Part shown: one piece after another, positions 50,926 to 63,199 of the stretch
How the letters are laid out: every line of letters begins with the position of its first letter
Position numbering within the stretch: the first letter of the stretch is position 1
Source: Macrostomum lignano
Taxonomy: Eukaryota
Assembly (NCBI GenBank): GCA_002269645.1
Contig: NIVC01000594.1
Location: 248,001-312,000 of the forward strand
Direction of reading: 5' to 3'
DNA: 64,000 bases
The notes under the pieces: model-generated
Databases searched by the model: none
The model's input: only the letters and a program-made list of their open reading frames with translations
Told to the model about the DNA's origin: nothing
Made by a program: the position numbers and the translations under genes

Positions 50926-51712
50926 TGTGACCGGCGCCTACTAGCTTAGCTAGTCATCTGAGCCATCGGCGAACAAAGAAATAAAACCGATAAAAATAAC
51001 TGTCAGATTTAACCTTCTCACTGATTCACTTCGCACCTCAGATTGAATTGAAGTTTCAGACTACTAACAGTATTATTAAGTGATTTCTGCCTCGATAACA
51101 GCACCGTTGAATAAAATGAGCAAAAGTGTGCGCCTAATCCAGCTACTGAAATAGGGGACAGATAGGGGATCACCCAATCAAGCAAGTCTAGGTAGCCTCT
51201 CACCCAACCAATCAGAAACTCAACAGCCGGAGACCAGGAAATCCGCAGTGACCGAATCGGCTTAGTGCTTCGCAGCTGTAGGCCCGGGATGATGCTGATG
51301 TCACAATCTTCGCAGATAGCTAGCGGGTGATGCTCTCAACTTTGATGTTCGCTGCTGACGACCGTGGAAATTCGTCCTTGATGGTGATGGGGGGGGGAGT
51401 CGCGATCCGGGGATCAAGAGACGACGGTACTCGGGCTCCGTTAGGCCAAAGTCCTAGGAGGTGGAGCCGAGTTCGATCCCGTTGAGGTCCGAGCGGGCCA
51501 AAAACGCCGGTTTAAATAGCCGCCAACTGGACCGTTATAATGGAAACACCTCGATTCTGATTGGCTGAGCCGATTTGTTATAACGCACGTCGAATTTTCT
51601 GATTGGCTGAGCTTGTTGCCACCCAAACTCACGTGACAAAGAGATCCTATCAGTTCCCCCGGGGCCATAAAAATACCACAGGTGCGGTCATAAATCACTC
51701 AAAATCGCTACA
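50926..51712 (-). mobile_element. LTR-like segment
   Basis: TG...CA termini (minus strand TGTAGCG...GTCACA), two tandem agCCAATcag boxes then TATTTAAA, and TGG 1 nt beyond the end (PBS-like). No TSD and no partner LTR seen. Confidence 0.35.
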
Positions 51713-52884
51713 TAATGATTTATGACCTTTCGCGTAGGAATGACAAAAAATAATGAAAAAGTATACATTAGAAAGATCTTATTAAGTAGAAAGTGAAGAT
51801 AATGAAGAGAAATCGCTAATCGCTAATCCCAACGTACTTTTAGGGGTAAAATGCATAGCTGTCAAAGCTGTCACACGCTTGAGTCAACCCGAACAATAGG
51901 CCCTGACCTCATAAATCTTGATGGCCTGTCAAAATGATGAGAAAAAAGCTACCGCCCGCATCCTCTCAGACCATCTGGCGCCAGCCTCAGCACTGAGTGA
52001 GGCGCAGGTGGCTGTCAGACCAGCTTCAAAAGCGATGATCTATGACCCAAAAGCCGCGCCTATGTTATTATAACTACTAGTATGGCAAAATCATATAATT
52101 AGTATGGATTCTAGGAAAATTGCATAAAGAGAAGAAAAAATGCCCATAGCCTGTTGCTAGTAGCTTAGCAAGTTTAGAGCCCATGTGCTAGCGTAGAATT
52201 TGGGAAAAAGTGCGTCCTTATCACAATGTCATCCAAAAGCGATTGGCTCAGTACTCGAGTCACCTCATTGCAGGCAGCTCGATCAAAGATTCATCGCATG
52301 GATCTAAAAGATACGTACATATAGATGTCGCTAAGTTTTGCAGTAATTCAATATTAACAATATTGCAATATGGTCAATACCTTCCGGGTAGTCCAATGTA
52401 AAGTTGTCGAATTATCTATGCAATTGTTTAAACGATAAAACTTCGCACTACTACTGCACTGTCGTGGTTAGTAGTATAATAGGGTCAAGAACTTAAAATT
52501 ATTATTATAAAAACTCCACACATCCACACTAGATGAGGTTAGAGGGGTGAACTAGGGTCAAGCCTGCTGCATGGGACCTCCATTGTGCATAAATGATGGG
52601 CTAGATCGGGGCTAAAGCTTGTGAGGTGAGCATCTCACAATGGCCACCTCTTCACTTTGCTAAATTTAGCCACTAAATTGAGGGCTCTGTTGATGTTTTT
52701 TGTTTTCGGTTTTTTTGCTCAATGCACTTGCCAAAAATGTCTAGTAGACATGGGGCTATCAATAAACCGATTCAACAGGTCTGGGTAAACAACTAAATGT
52801 AATAAATTTTTGCGATATGCAGACAAAGGAATGGAGAGCTGACTTTCAGACACGACAGGTAAAAATAGATTGGGTGTACTAGAG

Positions 52885-55245
52885 GGAGGGGTCACCAGCT
52901 ACAGAGGGGGGGTCACCAGCTACAGAGGGTTGACAGCTACAGAGGGGGTGACAGCTACAGAGGGGGTGACAGCTACAGAGGAGTGACAGCTACAGAGGGG
53001 ATGACAGCTACAGAGGGGTGACAGCTACAGAGGAGTGACAGCTACAGAGGGGTGACAGCTACAGAGGAGTGACAGCTACAGAGGGGGTGACAGCTACAGA
53101 GGGGGTGACAGCTACAGAGGGGATGACAGCTACAGAGGGGGTGACAGCTACAGAGGGGATGACAGCTACAGAGGGGGTGACAGCTACAGAGGGGTGACAG
53201 CTACAGAGGAGTGACAGCTACAGAGGGGATGACAGCTAAAGAGGGGATGACAGCTACAGAGGGGGTGACAGCTACAGAGGGGTGACAGCTACAGAGGAGT
53301 GACAGCTACAGAGGAGTGACAGCTACAGAGGGGTGACAGCTACAGTGGGGATGACGGCTACAGAGGGGATGACAGCTACAGAGGGGGTGACAGCTACAGA
53401 GGGGTGACAGCTACAGAGGAGTGACAGCTACAGAGGAGTGACAGCTACAGAGGGGTGATAGCTACAGAGGGGTGACAGCTACAGAGGGGTGACAGCTACA
53501 GAGGGGTGACAGCTACAGAGGAGTGACAGCTACAGAGGGGGTGACAGCTACAGAGGGGGTGACAGCTACAGAGGAGTGACAGCTACAGAGGAGTGACAGC
53601 TACAGAGGGGTGATAGCTACAGAGGGGTGACAGCTACAGAGGGGTGACAGCTACAGAGGGGTGACAGCTACAGAGGAGTGACAGCTACAGAGGGGGTGAC
53701 AGCTACAGAGGGGGTGACAGCTACAGAGGGGATGACAGCTACAGAGGGGGTGACAGCTACAGAGGGGATGACAGCTACAGAGGGGGTGACAGCTACAGAG
53801 GGGATGACAGCTACAGAGGGGATGACAGCTACAGAGGGGGTGACAGCTACAGAGGGGATGACAGCTACAGAGGGGGTGACAGCTACAGAGGGGATGACAG
53901 CTACAGAGGGGATGACAGCTACAGAGGGGGTGACAGCTACAGAGGGGATGACAGCTACAGAGGGGGTGACAGCTACAGAGGGGATGACAGCTACAGAGGG
54001 GATGACAGCTACAGAGGGGGTGACAGCTACAGAGGGGGTGACAGCTACAGAGGGGATGACAGCTACAGAGGGGGTGACAGCTACAGAGGGGGTGACAGCT
54101 ACAGAGGGGGTGACAGCTACAGAGGATGACAGCTACAGAGGGGGTGACAGCTACAGAGGGGGTGACAGCTACAGAGGGGGTGACAGCTACAGAGGGGGTG
54201 ACAGCTACAGAGGGGTGACAGCTACAGAGGGGTGACAGCTACAGAGGGATGACAGCTACAGAGGGGTGACAGCTACAGAGGGGTGACAGCTACAGAGGGG
54301 GTGACAGCTACAGAGGGGTGACAGCTACAGAGGGGTGACAGCTACAGAGGGATGACAGCTACAGAGGGGGTCACCAGCTACAGAGGGGGGTCACCAGCTA
54401 CAGAGAGGGGGTCACCAGCTACAGAGGGGGGTAACCAGCTACACAGAGGGGGTCACCAGCTACAGAGGGGGGTCACCAGCTACAGAGGGGGGTCACCAGC
54501 TACAGAGGGGGGGTCACCAGCTACAGAGAGGGGGTCACCAGCTACAGAGGGGTGACAGCTACAGAGGGGTGACAGCTACAGAGGGGTGACAGCTACAGAG
54601 GGGTGACAGCTACAGAGGGATGACAGCTACAGAGGGGGTCACCAGCTACAGAGAGGGGGTCACCAGCTACAGAGAGGGGGTCACCAGCTACAGAGGGGGG
54701 GTCACCAGCTACAGAGAGGGGGTCACCAGCTACAGAGGGGGGTCACCAGCTACAGAGGGGGGTCACCAGCTACAGAGAGGGGGTCACCAGCTACAGAGGG
54801 GGGGTCACCAGCTACAGAGCGGGGGTCACCAGCTACAGAGAGGGGGTCACCAGCTATAGAGGGGGGAGGCGACAGCTACAGAGGGCGACAGCTACAGTGG
54901 GGCGACAGCTACAGTGGGGCGACAGCTACAGAGAGGGGGTCACCAGCTACAGAGAGGGCGACAGCTACAGTGGGGGGTCACCAGCTACAGAGAGGGCGAC
55001 AGCTACAGAGGGGGGTCACCAGCTACAGAGAGGGAAACAGCTACAGTGGGGGGTCACCAGCTACAGAGAGGGCGACAGCTACAGAGAGGGGTCACCAGCT
55101 ACAGAGAGGGCGACAGCTACAGAGGGGGTCACCAGCTACAAAGAGAGGCGACAGCTACAGAGGGGGTCACCAGCTACAGAGAGAGGCGACAGCTACAGAG
55201 GGGGGTCACCAGCTACAGAGAGAGGCGACAGCTACAGAGGGGATG
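52885..55245. repeat. 2.4-kb 17-20 bp minisatellite (gacagctacagagggggt, shifting to ggtcaccagctacagagggg)
   Basis: Direct inspection; mixed unit lengths break the reading frames. Confidence 0.97.
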
Positions 55246-56715
55246 CCGGTGTACCATGAAGGGAGAGGTTAAAGAGGCTCCAGCTTCGGATGGGGTGCTT
55301 GCTACAGAGGTCTCCAAAGTAAATAATCGCCAAGGAATATTTTCTTATTGTTGCATGTTTTCGATAAGATTTTTTTCTCAACTTTTACACCCCTCAAAAG
55401 CAGTTTCATGGTGCGCTTTGAGCCATGCTCGACAGATTGGCTTTGAGCCATGCAATAAAACCGAGCTGCAAAGATTCGATTGCTGTGATAAGGAAAGTTT
55501 TACGAGTACAGTAAAACACAACGCTCATTTATAGACATTACTTATGCTATGCCAGTGTACTTTTTAAGGAGTAGAATAGCTAGATCGGGCGATTGCTATT
55601 GCGCACAGTTAAGAGGCGCAAAAAGTTGGGTCTTAATGATTTTCATTAATGTTTTGCTGTAAAGGTAAAAAGAAAGTCGAGGTGAACCTCTGTCTACGTC
55701 AGGAAGACAGACGGAGCGCAGGAAAATAAATTAGCTGAGTAAACAATAAACAGCGATGACAAAAAATCTACATTCTCAGAAATCTCAGAAACGTGCTTCT
55801 AGGGAAGGAAAACAGAGTGAGACAGACTGCCTCAGCCTTTGCCTTTGCCTGCCTCAGCGTAACAAGGCCATTGCAAGATGGCGACTCAACACTTAAAGCT
55901 GCTCAGAAAGAAATAGAACGACCCGTGCGTCAACAATGAAAATACAACTATATGCTGCATTCGGCTGCTCTGCTTGTAAGATTCCACTCATATTCTACTC
56001 AACTCAGCTTGAGTCTTTCCTAAGCTAAATATCTTCAGTTTATTCAGCCCCAACTGTGAGCACAGCACCCGCCCGCAGCCCTAAACATGCCATTCAGATT
56101 GGCCTGTGTGTGTCTAAGCTAAGCCCGTGAACTCAGTGTACTTTTATGTTATTTACCCAGCGAGAGCGCGGGAGAACTCAGCAGTATATGTTTACGCTTC
56201 ACATTCTATCCGATCCAGTCCTCCCCCCCCATTGTGGCGCACTTCCTATTGACAGAGTTGCCTCCACCAGCATTGTGGAGGCTTATCCCTGGCTGAGGCC
56301 GCTCTCAATGCCATTCCCAGCGATTGCGCAGAATGAGTAGCTTCTGAATGCGATACAGATTCAAAAGACAGTTGCTCCATTGTGCATGTATATAATATTA
56401 TTATTACTATTATAGCCCGTATATTATTGTTTTTTGAGAAGTGAATTCGCCTAAAAGCGGACCGAAGCACTTGAACAACTATAGCTTGAAGAAAAAGCGA
56501 CATGATTTCTACTCAAATCACTACCGTACTGTACTTCTCTCCGAGTACAAAGTTAAAGAGATGTCAGAATAAAGAAATGATTCAAATTACAAGTTGCTAG
56601 AAAAGTGCCAAAAAGTTGCATACACAGCAAACAGAATATACGAGTAGAAAGCGTATAGAAAAAGCAAATGTTATTCTATCGACACGTGGTGTCCGTCGCA
56701 GTCCGCATTACAATT

Positions 56716-57426
56716 TTACTTCTTATTGTAGGTGTCCATGTTCTTGTAGCCGCCGACGTATCCTTCCGCGGCCTTCTTGTCGGCGACGTACTCGCGACCC
56801 TCCTTGCCTTTGCCTTTGCCTGTGTCGGCGTCAAAGCGCTCCTTGTGAGCTCCCGTGTAGCCTTTGACGTCAGTCAGACGAGAGGTCGCGTCGTCTTTGC
56901 TAGCAGCCTGAAAGCAGTTTCGTAGCGAATTGGTGAAACTACGTGTACTCAAAATACGCTGATATGTGCAATGAATTGATCTACATGTAACAGAATGATT
57001 CTTTACAGTTGCTCCGTGGGCAGACGGCTTGTTATCAGCGATCAGCTTCTTCACATCCGCCTCGGCTTTAGCGGCGTCGGAGACCTTCTTCTTGGTGGCA
57101 GCCTCGGCGCAGAAGTGCGTGATGAAGGCGCAAAAGTTATTGTAGTCGAGGTCGCTGGAATGGGTGAGAAAGTTTTAGTAGAAATGCTATGAAACAAGTT
57201 ATTGCTTCGGAATGCTAACGGTGGGATCGGGCGATCTTTACCCCTTCAGCTTGGCCTTTCCTTTGTAGGAGGAAATGGAAATGTCCATATCGTTCGAAGT
57301 CATCTTAAGAGCTGGGAAGACCTTGCAGTCGGTGAAGATCTTCTTGATTGTCTTGTCGCTGGCCTTGTCTGAGCCTTTCTTTGTGGCATCGCAGAAAGCG
57401 AGAAAGCTGGCTTTGCAGTCGGCCAT
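56716..57426 (-). CDS. TPPP: Tubulin polymerization-promoting protein (p25-alpha family), 174 aa. Exons 57242..57426, 57007..57154, 56716..56907
   Basis: FLAFC...KKIFTDCKV and the signature [30 protein letters not shown]...GYVGGYKN. Intron phases 2 and 0 are consistent. Confidence 0.96.
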
Positions 57427-58442
57427 GACTAGTTTTTGTCAACTGATCTGCTTTGGAAATTTGAAACTTATTACACGAGCGTTTTGTGTGCCGGTGGGGC
57501 TCCAGTGCCATTGTGTGCGCTTTTATCTCCGAGGTTTCTACAGCGGAGTGGGTGAGGGGGCAGCAGTGGGTGCGGCCAAGCCTCAGCCACTCAGCCAATA
57601 GCGAGGCTGCTTTTAGTTAGTCCAAAGCTGCATGGACAGTCTGCGCTGCTTTCGGGCTGTGTGAGTGCGCTGTTGCTATGGTCAACAGTACTTGAATGCT
57701 TGTTGGCTGCAGGGTTGATTTTCATAAATAAACAACTGGCAACGTTTAGTGGACAGTCCAGTATGCACGGGGCACGAACTAGCGTTGCATAAATACACGT
57801 TGTACTACTACTAAAAACAGAATATGTAGGATATTATAGAGAAAATTATAAGTTTGCAACCGACGGCTCAGCCGCAGCTATTGAGCAGCGTACGGCTGCG
57901 TACGGCTGTTCAGTCCAAGGACTTGAGAAGTCGCCACACACATACATCCCAGTGTTATGGCAACTATATATATTATGTTATTTCATGTATTTATCCCCTA
58001 TTCAAATCTTTCTAATTGCTCCTATTAAGGGTTCCTGTCTCAGTCCGGGCGTTACTCCGGTCAAAAGGTCACAGCTTACTCTCTTCCAAATATTCTGCCT
58101 AAGGTGAGTTCTTGGGTTATTCTCAAGAATAGTAAAATAACGCAACTTAGCCACTTACGAGTGTAAGATCTGTCGCTTTTCATCGATTGAGTGGAATTTT
58201 AACTGGAAATATTAAAAGAACACGTAGAAAGGGCCTGTCAACTTAAGCTCATAAAGTGGAGCCCGAGTAACCTATGTACCAGATACACAAATGATTCGTC
58301 ATTCTGCTCACAGTGACACCAGGGGGGTGGGGACTCGTCACGCAACTATTGTATAATCATAGCAAAATATAGCAAACATGATATAGACAATATGAGCCAT
58401 GAGAAAATGCTTTTAAGTTTAGGAACAAGGATAAAGGCTAGG

Positions 58443-58512
58443 GCACCTGGACGTGTCACCTGGACGTGTCACCTGGACGTGTCATCTGGACGTGTCATCT
58501 GGACGTGTCACC
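58443..58512. repeat. 13-bp tandem repeat (cacctggacgtgt), about 5 copies
   Basis: Direct inspection. Confidence 0.9.
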
Positions 58513-59117
58513 TGACCGAGTCTGGACGGCAACGAGAGGACCCAATGTGAGCCTGGAGCGAGGGGACCAAAGTTATAAGAACTAAGACCCCAACGTTGCG
58601 GACGCTAGCCTTTGTCTAAGACACCCAACGTAGCTCGGCTCGCACCATCAGCAGCAGCAGCATCAACGATCTCAGCAGTAACGCACATCAAAAATCAGCT
58701 GATCAGCCCAGGACAGCAAGACCAGTTCAGCAGGAGCTCATTGTGCTTCCCACGCTTAATTGTCTGCAAAAGTGAAAGTTGAGAAATTTCAGCCGTCTGA
58801 AATTGGCTTGCACTCAGAACGTCGTGTTCCCACGAAAACTGCTGAAATCAGCGCCAAAGATCTGCCACAGCGATACAGCTGCAACACTGGTGGATGCACG
58901 ACGGCCGGGTCCGATCGAGCCGTGTTCCAATGAAACTGTCATGCAGGCGTCCAAACTTTCTCATCAAATCCTATGTCTAGGAAGGCTAGTAATTCCCAGA
59001 CTTTCTAGCCATTCGAAATCTTTTGCTACGATTGCAATTGGTTACAAATAATGTTGAATGAGGCAGTTTTATTATAAATACGAGCGCGGATAAGCGCGCA
59101 AAAGAATAAATTTTCAT

Positions 59118-59545
59118 CTTGCGGCCTAACAACTTGCGGCCTAACAGCTTGTGGCCTAACAGCTTGCGGCCTAACAGCTAGTGGCCTAACAACTTGCGGC
59201 CTAACAGCTTGTGGCCTAACAGCTTGCGGCCTAACAGCTAGTGGCCTAACAGCTTGCGGCCTAACAGCTTGTGGCCTAACAGCTTGCGGCCTAACAGCTA
59301 GTGGCCTAACAACTTGCGGCCTAACAGCTTGTGGCCTAACAGCTTGCGGCCTAACAGCTAGTGGCCTAAAAACTTGCGGCCTAACAGCTAGTGGCCTAAC
59401 AGCTTGCGGCCTAACAGCTAGTGGCCTAACAGCTTGCGGCCTAACAGCTAGTGGCCTAACAGCTTGCGGCCTAACAGCTAGTGGCCTAACAGCTTGCGGC
59501 CTAACAGCTAGTGGCCTAAAAACTTGCGGCCTAACAACTTGCAGC
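59118..59545. repeat. 15-bp minisatellite (gcggcctaacagctt / gtggcctaacagcta)
   Basis: Direct inspection; source of the VRPQA ORF. Confidence 0.96.
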
Positions 59546-60252
59546 TTGGCAACTTGCGATCGAAACTTGCAGTTGAACAGAAGAGCCATTGAAATTACTC
59601 GTATAAGACTTCTTCTGCACATATTGAAATTAAAAAGGGCAAACTACAAACTAGATGCCCATATACAACATTCAACAATGCCTTAATTACCTTATGATAT
59701 TAAGTTCACATTAGTCCCTAATTGTCCATTTGCTTGTTCTCTCCTATCCCAGGTCCAATTTTGTAACTTTTTTGCCAAATTTAACTTTCTGGTGTCAATG
59801 TGAGCAGAATGACGTGTCATTTGTGTACATAGGTGACTCGGGCTCCACTTTGTGAGCTTAAGTTGACAGGCCCTTAAAAACTCCTACTAGATGTAAAACA
59901 ACTAAGCTTTCATTTGAAGACACTGTGAGACTCTTGCCAATTTATGACCTTATCAGAGTACCAGTGAATTTTTTCTGCAATGTACGTGTCTATCTCTCGC
60001 AAATGTCTACGAAAAATGATTTGGTCAAAACACTACTCACCGAACTGTTTTCTCTAAAAACGGCTTTCTCAAATCGACTTAAAGATATAGCAAGTAGATA
60101 AACAAACCTTAGAGTCAAGTTCAGAGAGTATTCGTTTGAAATCTGCCTAGAAACGACCTTTGCTCAAGTTCATTAGACTAAAATGAATATATGAGTAGGG
60201 AAGGTGAAAAAGTTTCGATACTGTTATCGAGTTAAATTCAATCCGACCAAAA

Positions 60253-61907
60253 ATGCTCAGCACCTTCTCATTTGGGCTTGCCGTGGCTGCCCTAGCCGTC
60301 TGCGCCTATGCCTACATCAAGCGAGCTCTCAGTAAGTCGCCTCCGGGCCCTGTCGGCGTTCCCGGCTTCGGCCTGCTGCCTCTGGTCATGTGGCGAACTG
60401 CCAACGACAAGCGCTACCGACTTTTCCTGCTGATGCAGGAGATCCAGAAGAAGTTCGGAGACCTTGCCTCATTTCGACTCGGAACCCAAGAGTTTATCTT
60501 AGCGTCCGGTTATCCAGCTTTGCGCGAGATGTTCGTAACGCATGCAGATAAGTTCAATGGCCGGTCGAACACCAACTTTCACAGGTTTCTCTTCAAAGAG
60601 GCCGGAATTGTAGGCTCCGAGGGCGCTCTGTGGCAGGAGCACAGACGCTTTGCTCTTCGCGTTCTCAAGGACTTCGGGTTCGGTCGAAACGCTTCGGAGG
60701 AACACATCCAGGATGAGGCTGGGCAAGTCGTGAACTTTCTGAGGTCGAAGGAAGGTCAGCTGGTCGATCCACGAGACTTCATCAGCAAGGCAGTGGCCAA
60801 TGTGGTCACTCGATTCATCTTCTCCAACTTCAGTAGCTATGAGGACCCCGAGTTCAACGAGTTTCTAGGAAATCTCGGAAGTCTGACTAACCAAAGCCTT
60901 GTGGGCGTGATCACCGCATTCTATCGGTTCATGCCAGTCGAAACGGCGCTCGCTTTGTCTCCAGCAAACAAGAAACAGTTCGACGCTATTACGTGGGTCG
61001 AGGACCTCAGCAAACGAAAAGTGGAGGAGATCCGCAGCAAGTACAATGTCGACGACGAGCCCAGCAACTATGTGGAGGCTTATCTGCAAGAGCAGCACAG
61101 ACGGGGCGTCGACCTGGGAACATTCACTGACCTTCAGCTGGTGAAGACTATCTGGGAACTGTACATCGCAGGCGTGGATACCAGCAGCAACACCCTCGGT
61201 TGGAGTCTGATTTACGCGGCGCTGAACCCGGAGCTGCAGGACCGCTGCCACGCTGAGATCATGGCCAAGATCGGCAAGCGACAAGCCAGCCTGAAGGACA
61301 AGAAGGAGCTGCACTACTGCCAGGCGTTTCTGGACGAGTGTCAACGCATTTCTACTCTTGTTCCGATGTCTGTCGACCATCGGGCTATTGAGGTATTGTA
61401 TATACTCTAAGGGGGAATTCTATGTGTACTGTTTATAGAATTCCTTATTGTTATAGTGTAAGAACATTAGCTGAATGTAACACTTAAGAACACTTGCTAT
61501 ATCTTAAAGTGAAATCTTTGATATCCTACTTTGCACAGGACACGGAGTTCAGTGGCTACAACATCTCCTCCGATGCCATGATCTTCGTCAACCTGTACGG
61601 CCTTCATCATGACGAGCGATACTTCCCCAACCCGGACAAGTTCGACCCCGACCGCTTCCTCACTCCGGACGGTCAGTACAAGCCGTCGGAGCATCTCAAT
61701 CCGTTCGGAATCGGCAAGCGCTCGTGTCTCGGAGAGGTTCTGGCTCGCATGGAGGTGTTCTTGTTCTTCGTGACCTTCATGCAGCACTTCCGATTCGAAG
61801 CGGACTCGTGGACTGCGGAGCAGCGGGAGCAGATCCTGCTGGGCACTGAGGGCGTCGTCCATGCGACCATCGAGCACCGGCTGAAGGTGGCGAACCGTGA
61901 AAATTAA
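60253..61907 (+). CDS. Cytochrome P450, CYP2 clan, 502 aa. Exons 60253..61392 and 61539..61907
   Basis: N-terminal anchor plus PPGP, WQEHRRF (WxxxR), AGVDTS (I helix), ECQR (ExxR), PDRF and the heme motif PFGIGKRSCLGE. Phase-0 GT-AG intron. Confidence 0.96.
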
Positions 61908-62474
61908 CGACTTTAAAATTCAAATTAAAAACACTTTCCTATTTAAACTGCAGAGTCAGTTTGGGCATTGTGTCAGCCTCGCAAGTTGATGGCGAAGAAC
62001 ATTCTCCAACCCAAGGCGCGGTTTCAGTAATGAATGCAGCGTTTAATTTCAGTGGTTAGAGCAAGAATTTCTGTAAATTATCTGCGATTGAAAGTCAAAT
62101 TATTTGCTTTACTACGAGGGAAATTTCTAATATAGTTTCTTTTCAAAAACCATAAAATGAAGAGACTTGTTAGATTGGAAAGATTTTTTGGACGATTGTT
62201 TTTCAGGTATACAATAAAAAATAGCTTCGAATTTCTTATAACAAACCCTGTCGATAAGTTTTGTTGATTTTTTATATCTTTACAAACCCGTTTCACGGTT
62301 ATTCAGACTCGTACTTGTTGATACACGCTCGCAAAGCAAAGAATTCTCTACTCTGCTCCTGCCCTCCATCAGATTTGACTATTTCGGCAGTGCCTACAGT
62401 TTGCTCAGTGCCGTACGCAGCAGTTTAATTTGATGAGGCCGCCAACCAAAGTATTAAGCAATATTTGACGTTTT

Positions 62475-62900
62475 TTGGGCGCCCATTTCTCTTGGTGGGC
62501 GTCCCTGTCTCTTGGTGGGCGCCCCTGTCTCTTGGTGGGCGTCCCTGCCTCTTGGTGGGCGTCCCTGTCTCTTGGTTGGCGCCCCTGTCTCTTGGTGGGC
62601 GCCCCTGTCTCTTGGTGGGCGCCCCTGTCTCTTGGTTGGTGCCCCTGTCTCTTGCACGCGAAGGCGTATTATGGTTGGCGTCCCTGCCTCTTGGTGGGCG
62701 TCCCTGTCTCATGGTTGGTACCCCTGTCTCATGGTTGGCGCCCCTGTCTCTTGGTTGGCGCCCCCTGTCTCTTGGTTGGCACCCCTGTCTCTTGGTGGGC
62801 GCCCCTGTCTCATGGTTGGCGCCCCTGTCTCATGGTTGGCGCCCCTGTCTCTTGGTGGGCGCCCCTGTCTCTTGGTGGGCGCCCCTGTCTCTTGCACGCG
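62475..62900. repeat. 20-bp minisatellite (ggtgggcgcccctgtctctt)
   Basis: Direct inspection. Confidence 0.95.
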
Positions 62901-63199
62901 AAGGCGTATTCAGCATGCCAGTGAAGTATGAGACAGACTAGGCCCATGGGCTAAGGTCTGCGATGCTTCATGCCTGCGCCTTTTTTCAGCAGGTCAAGGC
63001 TGGTTGGAGGTCTGCACCCTCTACTTGCCTCTGGCAGCCGCAGACCCCCCCCCACGCTGTCTCGCAAGCCGACCCAGGGTACTCGTCCCCGCGTGTGTTC
63101 AAGGCAGACCCTAGGGCTGCCGGACTGACTGGGCTCCGGTGCTGGGGACCCAACCAGTGGCTTTTGCCGAACTTGGGTATGCGGGTCTGGCTGGCCAGT

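Larger units (their letters stand above)
58231..59873. mobile_element. Possible non-autonomous DNA element bounded by about 85-92 bp imperfect inverted repeats
   Basis: 58231..58322 is the reverse complement of 59789..59873 (gggcctgtcaacttaagctca...). TTAA lies at the right end but not the left, so the TSD is unconfirmed. Confidence 0.45.

Noticed and set aside
53678-54235. TATEG-repeat mucin or antifreeze-like gene
   Set aside because: It is embedded in an array with 17/18/20-bp units that frameshift on both sides; there is no signal peptide or convincing splice context.
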